From contig CAWBEI010000003.1 of NCBI GenBank assembly GCA_963787835.1, forward strand, positions 320,001 through 384,000: a DNA stretch of 64,000 nucleotides, in the 5' to 3' direction. The position numbers and the translations under genes are program-made. Within the stretch, counting starts at the first letter, position 1, and each line of letters opens with the position of its first letter. Of the stretch, positions 19,931 through 30,138 are shown one piece after another. Source of the stretch: Ignavibacteriota bacterium. GTDB taxonomy: Bacteria; Bacteroidota; Ignavibacteria; Palsa-1295. The notes below the pieces were generated by a model. That model was not told the origin of the DNA. It did not search any database and was given only the letters and a program-made list of their open reading frames with translations.

Positions 19931-21365
19931 ATGGATTCTTTGATCGAGAGCGAACCGTCAATAACAACACCTCACCATTTAAGCACCACCGCTTTGGAGG
20001 ATTCCTCCAAAACACGTTCACAAACAAACGGCGACGAAGGGAATTATCTTCTCGATGTCAGCCGCCGCGCGCATTTCCTTCGAGCAGCGGGGGTAGGCCT
20101 ATTGGCAGGCGGCGTTGCAGTAGCATTTCAACACGCGCTTGACATCACCGAAAGCGGAAGGATTGCGTTGCTCGGGACATTGCAACATTTCCCTGCGTGG
20201 GGATGGGCGGTACTCCCTGTCATCACTGGACTATGCGGGGCTGCGGCTGGATATATCACAGATCGATACGCACCGGCTGCAGCCGGTAGTGGTATTCCGC
20301 ATATTCGCGCTGTGCTCGCCGGAAAACGCACATTAGATTGGCGGCGTATTTTTCCGGTCAAGTTCATCGGAGGAATGCTGGCATTGGGCTCTGGCTTTTC
20401 GCTGGGCCGCGAGGGACCAACCGTACAGCTTGGCGCCAGCGCCGGAGCTGCGCTCTCAGAAAAGATGAAGTTGGACCCTCATTCGAAAAGGAATCTTATC
20501 GCATCAGCGGCCGGCGCCGGACTTGGAGCTGCTTTTAATGCTCCACTTGCGGGGTTCATTTTCGTCATCGAGGAATTGCAGCGTGAGATCTCGCCGCTTA
20601 CGCTCGTAAGTGCCTTGATCGCATCTGTGATCGCGGTAGCTGTCAGCAGGATTTTTACCGGCCAACTCCCATCGTTCCATATTCGAAACTTTCCCCTTCC
20701 ACCGCTGACCGCACTCCCGTTATTTGCCATTATGGGCCTCGTCGCAGGATATGCTGGAGTTCTCTTTAATCGCACTCTCATTTGGTCCGTGAAGGCATCG
20801 CAGCGCACTCAGCTTCCTACCTGGAAAAAGGCTGCCATCGCCGGAGCGATCACCGGGCTTGCAGGATGGTGGCTGCCAGACGCCCTGGGTGGTGGGCATC
20901 GAATTGCCGAGAGCATTTTGCGTGGGGATTTTACATCCGGAAGCGTTACTCTTTTTCTATTTATCCTTCTCGCCGGAAAATTTATGTTAACGATGTTGGG
21001 CTATTCGTCAGGAATTCCAGGGGGTATCTTTGCCCCGCTCCTGGTGCTCGGTGCAATAATTGGTCAGCTTTTCGGCCATTTAAGCGCTGTGATGTTTCCT
21101 ACAATTGGAACAACTCCGGCAGCGATATGCCGTCGTGTGCATGGCCGCTATGTTCACCTCCATTGTGCGTGCACCATTGACGGGAATTGTATTAATCCTT
21201 GAGATGACCGGGAATCAGGAGCAGCTATTTGCGCTTTGCACAACATGCCTTGTTGCTTATCTTGTTGCGGAACACGCGCGCTGTGAGCCTATTTATGATT
21301 CACTGCTGAGTCTCGATCTGGATCGGGATAAAAGTGATCTTGAAGATGTATCACATCTTCATTAA
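19931..21365 (+). pseudogene. clcA: ClC-family H+/Cl- exchanger ClcA, interrupted by a 1-nt insertion near 21125 (pseudogene or assembly error)
   Basis: GSGIP, GREGP, GGIFAP motifs in frame 1; YAVVCMAAMF...RAPLTG...EMTG...PIY continue in a shifted frame (ORF 21105-21365). Confidence 0.85.
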
Positions 21366-21396
21366 CCGATACTCACCATACGATTGAGGCGACTGC

Positions 21397-21969
21397 TTAC
21401 TTCTCAGCAAGCAACGGTTTGAACATTGCCTCGACAACGGTATCGGTACGCCAGCCGGTAAAGCTGGAACGGATCATTCCCTTACGATCGATCACGAACG
21501 TAACGGGAATAGATGACATCTCTCCATAAGAAGCCGTAACCTTTGGGTCTGGAAGCAGGATAGGATAACTTACGGGATGGTTTGCAAGCCAGGGCTTCAC
21601 TTTTGCAAGACCCTCATCATCGAGTGCTATGCCGACGAACTGAATGCCCTGAGCGCCAAAATCCTTTTGGAGTTGGGCGAATTCTGGTATCTCTTTTCTA
21701 CACGGGGGGCACCACGTAGCCCAAAAATTGAGCATAACTACTTTGCCGCGATAATCCGAAAGGTGGTGCACGGTACCATCGACATCCTGAAGAGAGAAAT
21801 CGGGCGCTGGTTTGGGTACCATCACAGAATCTGAGGGATTCATGATTGCGGCCATTGCCGAATCTGGCTCAATACCATGTGACGCTGTGAGCTCATACAC
21901 CGCAATAGCCCCGACCAAAACAAGAATCGTTACGATAGGAACAATAAGCTTAGAATTCCGAGATTTCAT
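21397..21969 (-). CDS. TlpA/ResA-family thiol-disulfide oxidoreductase, membrane anchored
   Basis: N-terminal TM helix, APDFSL, LNFWATWCPPCRKE, IPVTFVID. Confidence 0.92.
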   Translation of the reverse strand: MKSRNSKLIVPIVTILVLVGAIAVYELTASHGIEPDSAMAAIMNPSDSVMVPKPAPDFSLQDVDGTVHHLSDYRGKVVMLNFWATWCPPCRKEIPEFAQLQKDFGAQGIQFVGIALDDEGLAKVKPWLANHPVSYPILLPDPKVTASYGEMSSIPVTFVIDRKGMIRSSFTGWRTDTVVEAMFKPLLAEK

Positions 21970-22153
21970 GAGAAATGTGCAAAATTAGTGACCGACTGAA
22001 AATTCACTGTTACTTTGAAACATTACAGACATCAGAAAGTGCCGGTTTTTCAGGGAAATGGTTTGCTGAGTTTGGAGTGATCTCCGCAACCCTCTTGGCA
22101 TATTCCATGTTCGGCGGCCTCAATAAGTCAACCACTGTTTACGCTATCCATAT

Positions 22154-22531
22154 ATGGCTCGCTTATTTTTTCTTGCATTCTCGCTATCCGTTCTTTCGGC
22201 TTGCGCAACCCCGCAGCCTCCTTTTCATGGCTTCCCCGATCAGGCATCGCTGAATAATCAGGATGCTATCGTAATGCAGCAATCCGTTACCGGCGGCCCG
22301 CTCGACCCCCTGAGTCTTGCTCAGGATGATCAGCGATATGGCCATGATAATATTGCATACGACCGGATCGAAGAAGGTTATTACCAGTGGGGGCAGAAAC
22401 TATATGCTATGGGCTACCGTGATGAATTTTACGTTCGCGACCTCGCGCCAAAGGCATTCCATCATGACATTCTCGATACCTACGATCATGCTATCGCGAA
22501 AGGCTTCGAGGATGCATCCGGCAAAAAATGA
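22154..22531 (+). CDS. Hypothetical lipoprotein
   Basis: Signal peptide with lipobox LSAC; 125 aa. Confidence 0.7.
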   Translation: MARLFFLAFSLSVLSACATPQPPFHGFPDQASLNNQDAIVMQQSVTGGPLDPLSLAQDDQRYGHDNIAYDRIEEGYYQWGQKLYAMGYRDEFYVRDLAPKAFHHDILDTYDHAIAKGFEDASGKK

Positions 22532-22581
22532 AGATTCCGGAATTCCTTAGCAGTATTTTTTGTCCTCCTCAACTGTAATAA

Positions 22582-24459
22582 ATGTTATCTGAAACCGAAG
22601 CCAATCCCGTGACTGAAACACCCCGAACCCCTTCCGTCGAGAGTCCTGAACGCCTGTTCGAACAACTGCTCTCCAAAGGCTCCCAAAGTTCCGGCATTGA
22701 TGCTTTTCTTGATCTAACCAAAGATGCTTCGGATAAGTACTCCTTTGTGTTGACTTCCGATGGAGAATCCCTCGACCAGATCTACAAACAAGCATCCCGC
22801 ATCGCCGATGAAAAGGGCATGGATGACCGCGATGTGCTGGAACGCATTAGCGAAGTAGAATCAAAATGGCCGTCACATCCCGGAATTGTCGAAAATGCGA
22901 TCAATGAATTGATCGAAGCTTCGAATACCGATCAGGCCCTCGATCGATGCGAGCAAGCCATTGCCGACTGGTCATCGACCATCTCTAAGGCCGGAGTAAA
23001 ACTTGCTTCCGACATTTCCGCAGCCACTGGCGCTGGACCTCTTTTCATTCAACTACTCGCGAATTACGAATTTGCACTTGAGCGCAGCGGAAAGCTTGAA
23101 GAAGCTCTCTCAGCGGCTCAGCTTTCACGATCGCTCGATCCCTCCGATCCTGAAAATGTATTAAGTTCCATCATCAGCCTCTACATTCGGGTTGGAGATC
23201 CCATGTCGGCATTGCGCCAGCTTGAACCGCTGACGGAATCCCTGGCCCCGTATGTACTCTATGGTCGTGCGCTTGCGTATTATGCTCTTGGCCAGCAGGA
23301 GAACGCTCAGTTTGCCATCCAGGCGGCCCTGCGGCGTTGGCCGGACGTAGCGCAAGCCCTGACTCGCGAATGGAAAGGCGGAACGCCGATGCCGCGTCCC
23401 GGAGAAGCTGTCAGCGAATTGCAGGTGCTCTTCGGATATTACGAAGTATTTGGCCCGGCCTGGAAATCCGTAGCCGGCGCAGTAGAGTGGCTCCGCGAAG
23501 CTGCCAAAAGCGTTGCTCGCATGGGAACGCGCAGGGAACGATACACTGGCCTCACCCGCTCCGGCGAAACCGCCGGCGCTCCTGAAACCGAAGCCGCAGT
23601 GCAGAAAGAGCAAGCGGAGCTTATCCGCAAAGCGCAAGTCATCGGAGAAGATGAATTCGTCCGGTTCCTCGAAGTCCGGCCCAACGTCTATGTCTATGAC
23701 CTTACCGAGCGCGGCAAGGAGCTTGACGAAGAGCATAATGCGCTGTATCGAAAAGATATGAAGATCGCTGCTCGTATTGCAGCGATCGAAGAACTTCTGA
23801 AGATCTGGCCCGGTCACGCCAATGCTGCCATAGCACTGGCGAGGTTCCACGCCCAGAAGGAGCACTTCGGCGATGCCATCGACCTGCTCGAACCAGTCAT
23901 CTTCGATCTCCAAAAATCCTGGCCTGACGACCTCGTCGGAGCGGGAAGAATTCCCTCCGAGTGGCCTGGTAATAAGCCGATACTAAGCGCATACGCCTAT
24001 ATGGTCACCGACTTAGCAGAATCCGGTGATCATCCAAGCGCCAAGGCTTATGCCAAAGATGTACTGACATTCAACCCCATGGATAACCTCGGCATTCGCC
24101 AAAAAGCGATAGAACTTGCTATTGCCGATGGCGAATATCACGATGCGCTCCGCTTGATCAACGAGGCCCCCGATCCCATGTCGGCATACAACCTCTTTGG
24201 CCGTGCCTTGCTGGGCTTTGTGCTTAAAACCTCGGATGCCGAAACTGCACTGAAAACTGCAGTACAAAGCCGCCCATTGGTCTGGCGGGAACTTGCCGCT
24301 TCGAAACATCGCATGCCGCACCACTATAATCCGGGATGGGTGCGATATTTCTCGGCAGAAGAAGCCTATAATTACAATGAACTATGGTCCGGATTGTGGC
24401 TTCGAAAACATGGCGCCCTCCTTTGGCTAAAAACCGAAGGAAAGAAATATGCCGTCTGA
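22582..24459 (+). CDS. TPR-like helical protein with two tandem homologous modules
   Basis: LDPSDPEN..YGRAL..AW....GAVEWL and FNPMDNLGIR..FGRAL..LW....GALLWL. Confidence 0.75.
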   Translation: MLSETEANPVTETPRTPSVESPERLFEQLLSKGSQSSGIDAFLDLTKDASDKYSFVLTSDGESLDQIYKQASRIADEKGMDDRDVLERISEVESKWPSHPGIVENAINELIEASNTDQALDRCEQAIADWSSTISKAGVKLASDISAATGAGPLFIQLLANYEFALERSGKLEEALSAAQLSRSLDPSDPENVLSSIISLYIRVGDPMSALRQLEPLTESLAPYVLYGRALAYYALGQQENAQFAIQAALRRWPDVAQALTREWKGGTPMPRPGEAVSELQVLFGYYEVFGPAWKSVAGAVEWLREAAKSVARMGTRRERYTGLTRSGETAGAPETEAAVQKEQAELIRKAQVIGEDEFVRFLEVRPNVYVYDLTERGKELDEEHNALYRKDMKIAARIAAIEELLKIWPGHANAAIALARFHAQKEHFGDAIDLLEPVIFDLQKSWPDDLVGAGRIPSEWPGNKPILSAYAYMVTDLAESGDHPSAKAYAKDVLTFNPMDNLGIRQKAIELAIADGEYHDALRLINEAPDPMSAYNLFGRALLGFVLKTSDAETALKTAVQSRPLVWRELAASKHRMPHHYNPGWVRYFSAEEAYNYNELWSGLWLRKHGALLWLKTEGKKYAV

Positions 24460-24482
24460 ACCATCAACTTGGGCTGTCCAGA

Positions 24483-24782
24483 CTATTCCTGATCCGTAAT
24501 TTCTTCCATCAGCTCCGCCGGTTGCGGCTGAGGAGCCTGCGCTACTCCGATCACGCCCGTCTTCAGCGCACTCAAGAAAACAACCTGACCACACCCGTTG
24601 CAGGTCATGGAAATCACAGGCTTGACTGAAGTCTGGCCGGCTGGGTCGGTGCCGAATTCGCGAAGTTCGAAGATCTTATCCTCTACCTGCCAACTGCCGG
24701 AGCCGCAGATAGCGCAGGGTTGGCGAAGAATGTTTTGGAGATGTGCATGGAGGCGCTGGAGCCCGTCTTGATTAAGTGTCAT
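24483..24782 (-). CDS. Small zinc-ribbon protein
   Basis: CAIC and CNGC pairs; the ATG at 24782 is preferred over the longer ORF start. Confidence 0.7.
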   Translation of the reverse strand: MTLNQDGLQRLHAHLQNILRQPCAICGSGSWQVEDKIFELREFGTDPAGQTSVKPVISMTCNGCGQVVFLSALKTGVIGVAQAPQPQPAELMEEITDQE

Positions 24783-25062
24783 GTTTGTTATTGTTAAAAT
24801 TGTTCGTCCAATGAATGGCTCCCGGACGTTGAAACGCCACCAATAGTTTCCGGAAATCTTGATTTCTCTTGAATTCCCGCATAATGTTTTTTGATTTCGA
24901 GTCATTTTTGTAGCTATTTAGTATCTCTATTAGTGATTCAAGTATTGCAAGAATACCTCATATTTAGTGGTTTTCTAAGGCGATCTGATCAACACCTAAA
25001 AAATGAAACTTCTTGGCCCGATTTTGGCTTTGAAATAGAGTAAAAAAATGGTCTGATCTGTT

Positions 25063-25617
25063 ATGAAACGACTTTTATCCGCACTACGTATTCTTGGGTC
25101 ATCCGCGATCCTGATTTCCCTTGCAAGCACAGCCTCGATGGCGCAATTTCGCAGCGACGTCAGCCATAGCGATCCGCCGCTGAACACGGCGAGCGCCATG
25201 CAGGGCGGCGATTTCCTTTCGCAGCTCTTCGATGCGAATCATTTTAGCATGCACCAAAGTTTTTCCTCGAGCTTTATCTCGGGCGGCGGCGGCAGTTTAG
25301 GCATCAGCATGTTCACGAACACGTTCGCCTTCCATCCATCGGATAACCTCTTCGTATCGGCCGATCTATCGGCGGTGTATTCTCCATTTAGTTCCTTCGG
25401 CAGCGCGTATTCGAATTCGTTGAACGGCATCTATCTAACCAGCGCGCGCCTCGACTGGAAACTGAGCGATAATACCTTCATGCGCGTCGAATATTTAGGC
25501 GGTCCGACGGCTGGAATGTATGGTGCGTACAGCCCATATTACAATCCGTTCTACATGCCCTCAGCGCCGGCGGCTCCCGGAGGATTTGCCGCCGGTGGCG
25601 GTGTGCAAGTCCATTAA
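25063..25617 (+). CDS. Secreted or outer-membrane hypothetical protein
   Basis: Signal peptide ending ASMA-Q; amphipathic beta strands (FSMHQSFSSSF, ARLDWKLSDNTFMRVEY). Confidence 0.7.
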   Translation: MKRLLSALRILGSSAILISLASTASMAQFRSDVSHSDPPLNTASAMQGGDFLSQLFDANHFSMHQSFSSSFISGGGGSLGISMFTNTFAFHPSDNLFVSADLSAVYSPFSSFGSAYSNSLNGIYLTSARLDWKLSDNTFMRVEYLGGPTAGMYGAYSPYYNPFYMPSAPAAPGGFAAGGGVQVH

Positions 25618-25659
25618 TGCCGGCCATCGCTCCAATAATGCTCGCCAACGCTCCACCAT

Positions 25660-26169
25660 TTGTCCGACCAACCGCTGCTTGAACGACTCTTTGGTTCCGA
25701 ACGAAAGCGCAAACAACTCCAGCAGCGCGCGTTGCAGATCCTTTCCTGGTTATTCGTCGCGTTCGTTGGCGCCATCGTCGTGCTACTGGCGTGGCAATTT
25801 GTCATGCGAACCTTCGTGACGCACCCGGTCAGCGGCGAGATCGACCGGCCCGATATGCTCGTCCGTAAGGGCGAGCGAATCCAGATCAACGTTCTCAATG
25901 GCTCCGGACGGATGCGCATGGCACAGAAATTCACCGATTTCCTGCGCGCGCGTCAATTCGATGTGGTCGATATGGAGAATTACAAGGACACCACAGTCCC
26001 ACGCACGTTTATTATCGACCGGGTCGGCGACAGCGTTTCAGCACACAAGATCGCGTATGCGCTCGGCGTTTCGGATTCGCTGGTCACACGCGAGATCGAT
26101 ACCGAAGAATATGTTAAGGCCGATCTTATCATTGGCCGGGATTTTCAAATGTTGAAACCAATGAAATAA
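25660..26169 (+). CDS. LytR C-terminal domain protein
   Basis: TM helix, then INVLNGSG...A..FTDFLR...N...T...A.KIA.ALG...ADLIIGRDF. Confidence 0.85.
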   Translation: MSDQPLLERLFGSERKRKQLQQRALQILSWLFVAFVGAIVVLLAWQFVMRTFVTHPVSGEIDRPDMLVRKGERIQINVLNGSGRMRMAQKFTDFLRARQFDVVDMENYKDTTVPRTFIIDRVGDSVSAHKIAYALGVSDSLVTREIDTEEYVKADLIIGRDFQMLKPMK

Positions 26170-26177
26170 ACCTAAGA

Positions 26178-26321
26178 TGTCATTGCGAGCAGTCTATCGA
26201 GGCGACAGCGGAGATAGACTGCGAAGCAATCTCTTCGCAGCAGGATAGAGATTGCTTCGTCGTATCGAACAAGCATCGTCGGCGATGCGCCTCCGGTCGT
26301 TCGATTCTCCTCGCAATGACA
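26178..26321. repeat. TGTCATTGCGAG...GAAGCAATCTC palindromic repeat (CGTC-tagged REP/RPE-like), copy 1
   Basis: Terminal IR TGTCATTGCGAG/CTCGCAATGACA and inner IR CGAAGCAATCTC/GAGATTGCTTCG. Confidence 0.88.
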
Positions 26322-26359
26322 AAATGATACATTGTCAAAAATAAGTAAAGGAACAGACC

Positions 26360-26995
26360 ATCTCAAAATCTACTACATCGAAAGCAAAATCGAAGACGGC
26401 CCGGACAGGAACCGTCTCTAAAACAGTCACCACAAAACCGGCTCGCGCTGCCACAAAAAAGCCACCTCGGAAAACGGAACCCTCCGCAGCAGAAGGTATT
26501 CGCGCGGCTGCGATGAAGGCCGCCCAGTACGCTCTTGAAAAAAAGGCAACGGATATTCACGTGCTCGATCTGCGTGAGATCACCTCGATGACCGATTATT
26601 TCGTAGTCGCGACGGGCACCAGCGACCGGCAGGTGAAGGCGATCGCCGAGAACGTCATCGCGGAAATGCGCGACACCGAAGGCGTCGGCGCGTGGCGCAG
26701 TGAAGGATGGGACAGCCTCCACTGGGTCATTATTGATTTCGTGGATTTTGTTGTTCACGTTTTCCAGACAGAATCCAGGCAGTTCTATAATATAGAACGC
26801 CTCTGGGCCGATGCCCCAATGACCGAAGTGAAAGACGAGATTTCCACTCCAAAAACAAAAGCTCCGACGAAGAAAAAACCCGCCGCTGCCAAGGCCACGC
26901 GTGCGAAAAAAGTAGCAGCAGTTAACGCCACGACCGGACCGAAGATCAAGGTCATCAGTGATTCCAGAAATAAGGCTACTCAGAAATACATCTAA
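26360..26995 (+). CDS. rsfS: Ribosome silencing factor RsfS with basic N- and C-terminal extensions (first ATG at 26513; probable ATC start at 26360)
   Basis: KKATDIHVLDLR, TDYFVVATG, RQVKAIA, WVIIDF, VHVF, FYNIERLW. Confidence 0.92.
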   Translation: MSKSTTSKAKSKTARTGTVSKTVTTKPARAATKKPPRKTEPSAAEGIRAAAMKAAQYALEKKATDIHVLDLREITSMTDYFVVATGTSDRQVKAIAENVIAEMRDTEGVGAWRSEGWDSLHWVIIDFVDFVVHVFQTESRQFYNIERLWADAPMTEVKDEISTPKTKAPTKKKPAAAKATRAKKVAAVNATTGPKIKVISDSRNKATQKYI

Positions 26996-27002
26996 GCAGT
27001 TC

Positions 27003-28637
27003 ATGGAGCGATTTTTAGAACGAGCATTTGAAACTGCCATCTATGAGCTTGGCGCTCCATCCGGTACGCCCATAAAATTCGAGCAGCCGCAGAACGAAGA
27101 ACATGGCGATCTCTCGACGAACGTCGCCATGTTGCTTACCAAGACGCTCAAGCGTCCACCGCGCGAAATTGCGAAGGAGATCATCGCCAACTTGCATCTC
27201 GATTACGGTCACATCCGAACGGTGGAGATCGCAGGCCCCGGGTTTATCAATATCGCGTTCGACGACCAGCATTTCACTAATGGCCTTCGTGAACTGATCG
27301 CTGCCGGAGCGGAATTTGGACTGGGTCATTCGAACGATGGAAAAGCGATCAACCTTGAATGGGTCAGCGCGAATCCGACGGGGAATCTTCATGCGGGACA
27401 TGGCCGTCAGGTATGTATGGGGCAGGCAATCGCAAATTTGCTGGATTGGACCGGCGCGAACGTCACGCGCGAATATTATTTCAACAATGCAGGTAACCAG
27501 ATGGCGAATCTGGCAAAATCTGTTCGCGTCCGGTATTTGCAGGAACTTGGCGATGAAATAGAATTACCTGAAGATGGTTACCATGGCGTCGAGATCGTTG
27601 AGATCGCCAAAGAGTTAGTGCGGCAGTTCGGTGCGGAGAAACGCTCTGCTCCGCTCTCCTTCTTTCAATCCTTTGGCGAGCAGGAGAATTTCAAGCATAT
27701 CCGCGCCACGCTCGACAGGCTCGGTGTACATCACGATATTTTCTTCAACGAAAATTCGCTCTATGAGTCCGGCGTGATCGTTGAAACGATCGAGGAGTTC
27801 AAAACCCAGGGCCTGGCCTACGAAAAAGATGGCGCGCTATGGCTCAAGCTTTCCGAAATGGGCGAGAAGGATGACCGCGTCATCGTAAAATCCTCCGGCG
27901 AGCCAACCTATCGACTGCCGGATATTTGCTATCACCGTAATAAACTTTCGCGCGGGTATGACGAACTTATTGACATTTTCGGCGCCGATCATATCGGCAC
28001 CATACCCGATGTGCTTGCAGCGTTGCGGGCATTGGGATATGATACATCGAAGATCAAAGTGGTGATCCATCAGATGGTCTCGTTCATAGCTGGCGAAGAA
28101 CTGATAAAGTTCTCGAAACGAAGCGGCGGCGCGTACACGCTCGATGAATTGCTCGATGATGTCGGCACCGATGCGGCGAAATTCTTCTTCAATATGCGCT
28201 CCGCAGGGAGCCATCTTGAGTTCGATGTGGCCTTAGCGAAGGAGCAATCGGATAAGAATCCCGTCTATTACGTGCAATATGCTCACGCCCGCATTGCAAG
28301 CATTCTGCGATTCGCAGCGCAGCAAGGGTTGCAGGTCGATGGCGCTGTTGATGAATCCCTGGATCTGCTACGCCATGCCGAGGAACTCCGACTCATAAAA
28401 GTGCTGCTGCGGTTTCCGGAAACCGTGGAGCGTTCCGCTGCTGCGCTTGCGCCGCATCATATCTGCGAGTATCTTCGCGATGTTGCAGCGCAGTTTCACC
28501 GGTTTTATCAGGAATGCCGTATTGTTGGAGGGCCGAAGGAACTCGAGATACCACGTCTTCTACTTGCCATGGCTGCGAAACGTGTGATCTCGAACGGATG
28601 TGCCATTCTTGGTGTGACGGCTCCCGAAAGTATGTAA
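27003..28637 (+). CDS. argS: Arginyl-tRNA synthetase
   Basis: GDLSTNVAM, AGPGFIN, SANPTGNLHAGHGR, GADH, FSKRSG, YVQYAHARIASI, LGVTAPESM. Confidence 0.97.
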   Translation: MERFLERAFETAIYELGAPSGTPIKFEQPQNEEHGDLSTNVAMLLTKTLKRPPREIAKEIIANLHLDYGHIRTVEIAGPGFINIAFDDQHFTNGLRELIAAGAEFGLGHSNDGKAINLEWVSANPTGNLHAGHGRQVCMGQAIANLLDWTGANVTREYYFNNAGNQMANLAKSVRVRYLQELGDEIELPEDGYHGVEIVEIAKELVRQFGAEKRSAPLSFFQSFGEQENFKHIRATLDRLGVHHDIFFNENSLYESGVIVETIEEFKTQGLAYEKDGALWLKLSEMGEKDDRVIVKSSGEPTYRLPDICYHRNKLSRGYDELIDIFGADHIGTIPDVLAALRALGYDTSKIKVVIHQMVSFIAGEELIKFSKRSGGAYTLDELLDDVGTDAAKFFFNMRSAGSHLEFDVALAKEQSDKNPVYYVQYAHARIASILRFAAQQGLQVDGAVDESLDLLRHAEELRLIKVLLRFPETVERSAAALAPHHICEYLRDVAAQFHRFYQECRIVGGPKELEIPRLLLAMAAKRVISNGCAILGVTAPESM

Positions 28638-28662
28638 TGTTTCGACGAATGAACGCTCTCGA

Positions 28663-29979
28663 ATGATTCCTGCTGAGATCCTTTTCATCCTCGTCTGCAT
28701 TGTTTTGCATGCGTATTTTTCGCTTGCAGAAACAAGTATCCTGACCATCCGCAAAAGCAGATTGCGCGAAATTATTGACGATCCCGAAACGCCGGAACTG
28801 CGCATTCGTCGCGCCACGACGATCCTGTCGTTTAAACTCGCTCCAGAGGATTTTCTTGCCGCAATCGAATTGGCATCCGTAGGTTTAAGTATTTTAGGTG
28901 CCATAATCGCAACGATCCTGTCGATCCAGTGGGCTTTACTCTATCCGTTCGGGAATACGGAGTGGTCTTCCATTATTCCCTTTGTCGTAACATTAGGAAC
29001 CGGAGCCGCGATCGATATTACGTTCGGTGCGCTGATACCGAAGTCGATCGCGCTGCACCAAAGCGAGCCGATCGCGTTTGCGATCGCAGCGGTCATGAGT
29101 TTCCTGATGCGGTTGCTAAAGTTACCAACGCGCCTTCCGGTGTTGGTCTCGCGTATCGTGCTGAAGCCGTTTCAAGCGAGAGCCCTGACCACAAGCCGGA
29201 TTTCAGAAGAGGAACTTCGCGTCATGCTTGAAGAAGGGGCCGAAAGCGGCGCCATCGACAAGACCGAGAACGAACTCATTGAAAATATCTTCGACTTCAA
29301 TGAGCGAACCGCACGCGAAACGATGGTTCCAAGAATTAAAATGCTCGCGCTCGATGCCGGCCTGCCTCGGGAAAAGCTCATCGAGCGCATTATCTCCGAG
29401 GGCTTTACACGGCTGCCCGTCTATCAGGATACGCTCGACAATATTCTCGGAGTCGTCTATTCCAAGGATGTCCTGGCGCTGATCGAGCATCCGAACCTCA
29501 TCATTCTGTACGATATTATCCGTCCTGTTCCCTTTGTGCCCGAAACGAAGCTGTTAACAGAACTCTTACGGGAGTTCCAGCGGGAACGGTTGCACATGGC
29601 GATCGTCATAGATGAATTTGGTGGAACGGCCGGCTTGATAACGCTCGAAGACATTTTGGAGGAGATCGTTGGCGAGATCCAGGATGAATACGATACCGAG
29701 CAACAAAACTTCCAGATCGGGGCGGACCAAAAGTCCATCACACTATCGGCAAATTATTCTATCGCCGACGCAAATCAGGAGCTTGAAAAAGTATTCGAGG
29801 AATTTCAGATCCCCGAAGACGAGGAATACGAATCCGTAAGCGGATTCGTCAATAAATTATTCGGCCATATCCCCGAGATTAATGAAGAGCGTAATCTGGA
29901 TGGGGTTCGGATTATCGTCACAGCAAAAGGCCCTATGAATATCTCCGAAGTCCGCATCGAGCAAGCGGAACATATATAA
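28663..29979 (+). CDS. Hemolysin/CNNM-family membrane protein with CBS and CorC domains
   Basis: FSLAET, GALIPKSIA, MVPR, GFTRLPVY, IDEFGGTAGLITLEDILEEIVGEIQDEYD. Confidence 0.92.
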   Translation: MIPAEILFILVCIVLHAYFSLAETSILTIRKSRLREIIDDPETPELRIRRATTILSFKLAPEDFLAAIELASVGLSILGAIIATILSIQWALLYPFGNTEWSSIIPFVVTLGTGAAIDITFGALIPKSIALHQSEPIAFAIAAVMSFLMRLLKLPTRLPVLVSRIVLKPFQARALTTSRISEEELRVMLEEGAESGAIDKTENELIENIFDFNERTARETMVPRIKMLALDAGLPREKLIERIISEGFTRLPVYQDTLDNILGVVYSKDVLALIEHPNLIILYDIIRPVPFVPETKLLTELLREFQRERLHMAIVIDEFGGTAGLITLEDILEEIVGEIQDEYDTEQQNFQIGADQKSITLSANYSIADANQELEKVFEEFQIPEDEEYESVSGFVNKLFGHIPEINEERNLDGVRIIVTAKGPMNISEVRIEQAEHI

Positions 29980-30001
29980 TAAGGAACAAACTTCAAATTC
30001 A

Positions 30002-30102
30002 TTCATTGCAAGTAGCAGGTACGAGCGACGAAGCAATCTCCAAAGATTAAGTTGAATCTCAATGGATTGCTTCGTCGTCCCTCCGGGACTCCTCGCAATG
30101 AC
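30002..30102. repeat. GTCATTGCGAG-family palindromic repeat, copy 2 (degenerate left end)
   Basis: tcattgcaag...cgacgaagcaatctc...ggattgcttcgtcg...ctcctcgcaatgac, between convergent genes. Confidence 0.8.
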
Positions 30103-30138
30103 GTTCATTAGAATGACTCTATCAGAGATTCTTTGGAT

